Shown: positions 6,844-10,703 of the stretch, piece by piece
Position numbering within the stretch: the stretch's first letter is position 1
Layout: the number at the start of each line of letters is the position of its first letter
NCBI GenBank assembly: GCA_000388065.2
Contig: KB932203.1
Strand: one strand, 5' to 3'
DNA: 10,703 nucleotides
Source: Fonticula alba ATCC 38817
Lineage: Eukaryota; Protista; Nucleariida
The notes under the pieces: generated by a model
What the model was told of the DNA's origin: nothing
Seen by the model: the letters and a program-made list of their open reading frames with translations, nothing else
Databases searched by the model: none
Program-made: the position numbers and the translations under genes

Positions 6844-9609
6844 CTACCACTCGGCCAGCTGGCGCCGGCGACGGTCTTCATACTCATCAAGGACAGACAG
6901 GATGGCCGGATAGCCGAAGTACGGGTGCGCGGCCACATCGCGCGCCGTGAGCCACGGCTTCCCCGGCTCCAGGAGATCCCGCAGCAGCGGCACGCCCTTG
7001 ATGGTTTCCTGCAGGGCGCGAGCCGACTCGGTCTGCCGGCCGGGGGGCCAGCGCTGCAGCGAGGCGTCCGAGCCGGCCTCCAGGAGAAGCTGCACAGAGA
7101 CAACCTGTTGCTCGGAGGGGGGGGGGGGCGGGGACACGGGGCGGGGCGNNNNNNNNNNNNNNNNNNNNNNNNNNNNNNNNNNNNNNNNNNNNNNNNNNNN
7201 NNNNNNNNNNNNNNNNNNNNNNNNNNNNNNNNNNNNNNNNNNNNNNNNNNNNNNNNNNNNNNNNNNNNNNNNNNNNNNNNNNNNNNNNNNNNNNNNNNNN
7301 NNNNNNNNNNNNNNNNNNNNNNNNNNNNNNNNNNNNNNNNNNNNNNNNNNNNNNNNNNNNNNNNNNNNNNNNNNNNNNNNNNNNNNNNNNNNNNNNNNNN
7401 NNNNNNNNNNNNNNNNNNNNNNNNNNNNNNNNNNNNNNNNNNNNNNNNNNNNNNNNNNNNNNNNNNNNNNNNNNNNNNNNNNNNNNNNNNNNNNNNNNNN
7501 NNNNNNNNNNNNNNNNNNNNNNNNNNNNNNNNNNNNNNGAGGGGGAGGGGGGCGGGAGGGGTGTGGACGGCGCGAAGGCACCGGCCCCCGGAGGGCCGCC
7601 GGCTGCTCGACGAGAGGACCACAGTGGGAAGAGGCGAAGCAACAGCAGCAACCAACAAAAGGCACGAGGGGACGCACACTGCCCGACCAGACGGAGTAAA
7701 TGAGCGGGGTCCAGCCACGCTGGTCCTGGCGGTTGGCGTCGGCCCCGGTGGCAATCAGGAAGGCCAAGACATCCGAGTAGCCCAGGGCCGCGGCTTTCAT
7801 GAGGGCCGTGGCCCCGAAGGCCGCGCCGTCCGGGAAATCGATGCTGACCAGCCGCTGGGTCAGGGCCCGGAGAACCGGGTCCTCGCGCAGGGCACGCAGC
7901 TCGGCCGCAGTCTCGGCCGGCCGAGACCCGGTGTCGCCGCGCACACGCAGCGGAACCACCCGCGATGTGGCCGGCCCGCCGGCGGCGAGGGACGCATCGG
8001 CCCCGGCCTCCGGCCGGGTCCACTGCTGGAGGAAGGCCCGCCAGGAGGACCCCGGCTTGGGTGGCCGATTCAGCGGCCAATGGGCCGTCACCTCGGCCAG
8101 GCGATCCAAGTCGCACGGCGCCTCCACCGGGGCCGCGGCCAGACGCCCGCCCGCGGCACAGGGCGCATGCAGGCTGTCCCGCAGGTTGGCCCCGGTGCCG
8201 GCTGCCCCGGCCGCCCCTCCATGGGTCGACGCGCGCCGGCTCCCGCCGGACGAGTGGTGGTGCGACTGCGAGTGCGGGTGCTGCTGCGACCCCTGCAGCT
8301 GGAGGGCCAGCGCCGAGCTGGCGAACCCCAGGGCAAAGGGATCTGTCCCGGGGTGGAGGGGCTCAATCTGGGGCACGAAGTCCCCGGTGTCGTCGGGCGC
8401 CACCTCCTCCTCCTCGGCCAGGACGCGGGCCAGGCTGGCGATGTTGCTCTGGAGCTGGTCCTCCAGCCGGCGCGCGTCGTTGTGGATCAGCGCCGCCGCC
8501 ACCAGCGGAGAGGCCACCGGCTCCGACACGCGGCTTGGCAGGGGCGTCGGCGGCCCGGGCGGCGGGGGCGCCTCCAGTGGCGGCGTCGGGGGGGCCTCGG
8601 CCGGATGCCGGGCCAGCAGCCCGGGGGCGGTGTCAATCCCGAGCCCGGCCGCCGGCGGCCCCTGGGGGTCGTCTGCCTTGGAGGGGGACATACCCCGGGC
8701 CGGGGCTCCGGCCGGGCGGCGGCTGCCCGAGGGGCCGTCCTGCCGCGCGCCAATGGCCAGGGTGGCAGGGGCGGCAGCCGCGGCGTCCCCATGGGCAGGC
8801 CCATTGTCACGCGAGTGGCCGGGGGCCGGGGCCGCCTGGCGGCCGGGCATGGCCAGATGGTGGTCAGCCGGCCCGGCGTGCGGGTCGACAGGGGATTCGC
8901 GGTGGGTTTCCCCGGCCGAGGGGCCATCCGGGGCCCCTGGCCAGGAGGTGGCCGTCGCCTCGACCGGCTGGGGCCCATGCGCCCGAGCCAGCTGGCCGGG
9001 CATGCCCTCGGACGATGCGTCCGGCGCCGCCTCGGTCAGCAGGCCAGAGTCATCGGCAGCAGGCACGCCATGCATGTGCATGGCAGGCCACGAGGCGACC
9101 GGGGCCCCGGGCTCCGCGGCCTCGGGCTCCGCGGCCTGCTGCCGCGCCATGTGCTGCTGGATCAGGGCATCCACATCGGGCAGGGCATGGCCACCGGCCA
9201 GGCCAATGCCCAGGGCCGGCCCCGGGTCCGGCACGCCGGCCGGAGCAATGGCCCAGGGATCGATCGCGTCGAGGGCCGGCCCCAGCGGCCCCACAGGCCC
9301 GGGGTGGTCCGTGGCCCAGGGCGATGCGCCGGGCACCAGCCCGGACGGGCTGTCAAAGATGCCGGCCAGCGTGGGATCCGGCCTGGGGGGCGTGCTGGCA
9401 CCCCCGGCCTGGGGGTCCTGCGACCAGACATCCACCAAGCCCGGGCCGGCAGCCAGCGGCAGGGCCCAGGGATCGGCCAGGATGCTCAAGGGGGGCTGGC
9501 CGAAGGCCGCATCCATCCCCGGCATGGAGGACGGGGGCTGTCACGCGCCGGGTGTCAGCGAGGCCCAGGGCCGGCGAGGGAGGCGGGGATGCAAACGAAC
9601 CGAGTCCAT
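6844..9609 (-). CDS. Ankyrin-repeat protein with a long Ala/Pro/Gly-rich disordered N-terminus. Model: complement(join(6844..7104,7678..9537,9601..9609)), about 709 aa. The 5' end is tentative.
   Basis: Ankyrin repeats: GATALMKAAALGYSDVLAFLIATGADAN (from about 7815), the spliced GWTPLIYSVWSGS|VVSVQLLLEAGSDAS, and a terminal TARDVAAHPYFGYPAILSVL. A predicted helical segment reads LIHNDARRLEDQLQSNIASLARVLAEEEE. Confidence 0.85.
7105..7677 (-). other. Intron 2 of the ankyrin gene (phase 0), containing the N-gap 7149-7538
   Basis: Minus-strand donor GTGCGT at 7677 and acceptor CAACAG ending at 7105. Splicing restores the exact ankyrin register (GxTPLxxxxxxG-xxxxVxLLLxxGAD). Confidence 0.9.
7149..7538. 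other. Assembly gap (390 N)
   Basis: N run flanked by G-rich sequence. Confidence 0.98.
9538..9600 (-). other. Probable intron 1 of the ankyrin gene (63 nt, phase 0), following a 9-nt coding exon (Met-Asp-Ser)
   Basis: On the minus strand: GCGCC ATG GAC TCG|GTTCGT, a branch-like CTGAC at 9558-9554, then GTGACAG|CCC CCG TCC TCC ATG. An in-frame TGA at 9543-9541 lies inside the intron. Confidence 0.65.
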
Positions 9610-9801
9610 GGCGCAGGGTGGCCACCGGCCGCCGAGGGGAGAGGGAGGGAGAGAAAGGGGGACGGAGCAGGCGGAGGCTCGACCGGCGCGCAGAGAGCCC
9701 GGTCAAAGGGCCCGGCAGGGGTGCTGGCAGCAGTGGCCCGGGCTCGGCACCCAGAGCGACGGAGCGGGACCCGGCGTCCGGCGGCGGGGAGGTGGGGGGG
9801 G

Positions 9802-10226
9802 NNNNNNNNNNNNNNNNNNNNNNNNNNNNNNNNNNNNNNNNNNNNNNNNNNNNNNNNNNNNNNNNNNNNNNNNNNNNNNNNNNNNNNNNNNNNNNNNNNN
9901 NNNNNNNNNNNNNNNNNNNNNNNNNNNNNNNNNNNNNNNNNNNNNNNNNNNNNNNNNNNNNNNNNNNNNNNNNNNNNNNNNNNNNNNNNNNNNNNNNNNN
10001 NNNNNNNNNNNNNNNNNNNNNNNNNNNNNNNNNNNNNNNNNNNNNNNNNNNNNNNNNNNNNNNNNNNNNNNNNNNNNNNNNNNNNNNNNNNNNNNNNNNN
10101 NNNNNNNNNNNNNNNNNNNNNNNNNNNNNNNNNNNNNNNNNNNNNNNNNNNNNNNNNNNNNNNNNNNNNNNNNNNNNNNNNNNNNNNNNNNNNNNNNNNN
10201 NNNNNNNNNNNNNNNNNNNNNNNNNN
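9802..10226. other. Assembly gap (425 N)
   Basis: N run preceded by poly-G. Confidence 0.98.
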
Positions 10227-10512
10227 GCGGCCGACATGGTCAAGGATGGTGGAGAAGAGGGGGGCGGGCGGGCGAGGGGGGGGGGGGGGGGCAGGGCGTG
10301 CGGGCAAGGAAAACCGGAGGCGAAGAGGGGAGGGGGCTCTGGCGGCCCTCGGGTGTCCGGCCGACCCTCGGGCCCACATCCGCGGGCCCTCTTGATCTCC
10401 TGTTCAATTGATGGGGCCCGGCGCCGCCCCACCGCAAAGGGGCGGCCGGCCGGCGTCGCCGTGCGTGGTGATGATGACGACGACGATGATGGCGGTATTG
10501 TTGTTGTTGTTG

Positions 10513-10579
<67 letters not shown>

Positions 10580-10703
10580 TGCCGTCGTTGCTGGCGGTGG
10601 TGGTGCATCCGGGCACCTCGTGCGCACAGAAGAGTGGGCGCTCGATCCGGCCCCCATGTCCCGCAGGCCCGGAGCCCTTCGGCTGCCCTGGCCCCCCCCC
10701 CCC
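10227..10703 (-). other. Possible fragment of a low-complexity coding exon; strand and frame unresolved
   Basis: All three minus frames are open across the repeat (poly-Q, poly-S/N, poly-A/T), and a plus frame from ATG 10236 is open to the window end. No domain is recognisable. Confidence 0.3.
10500..10577. repeat. Compound microsatellite (GTT)7(GCT)19, reading (AGC)19(AAC)7 on the minus strand
   Basis: Direct count. Confidence 0.95.

Noticed and set aside
41-9609. RhoGEF, OB-fold and ankyrin genes as one functional cluster or novel system
   Set aside because: They have unrelated predicted functions and mixed orientation. Adjacency in a compact eukaryotic genome is not evidence of shared function.
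6424-10411. Long plus-strand ORFs of 1323 aa and 870 aa
   Set aside because: They are antisense shadows of the ankyrin gene in very GC-rich DNA, padded by N-gaps, with no recognisable motifs.
1-10703. CRISPR arrays, transposons, tRNA or rRNA genes
   Set aside because: I found no spaced direct repeats, terminal inverted repeats, transposase or reverse-transcriptase motifs, or structural RNA signatures in the non-N sequence. Gap contents cannot be assessed.

Overview
This is eukaryotic, very GC-rich draft genomic DNA with four N-gaps and spliceosomal introns. The style is reminiscent of the amoeboid opisthokont Fonticula alba, but that is inference only. The ORF track is misleading because it reads through introns and gaps, so I rebuilt gene models by hand from splice sites and reading-frame phase. 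(1) Plus strand, 41-5295: a five-exon Dbl-family RhoGEF of about 1341 aa, with a possible N-terminal PH-like domain, three tandem IQ motifs, a DH domain, a ~250-aa insertion and a fragmented PH-like C-terminus. (2) Minus strand, 6308-5702: a two-exon, ~160-aa stand-alone OB-fold protein resembling single-stranded nucleic-acid-binding proteins, absent as a unit from the ORF track. (3) Minus strand, 9609-6844: a three-exon, ~709-aa protein with a long disordered region carrying DPW/DPF motifs and C-terminal ankyrin repeats. (4) An unresolved trinucleotide-repeat region at the 3' end. I see no RNA genes, mobile elements or CRISPR arrays, and no evidence that the three genes form one system. The best leads are the RhoGEF architecture, the hidden OB-fold gene, the DPW/ankyrin adaptor candidate and the GTNCG/poly-C intron style.
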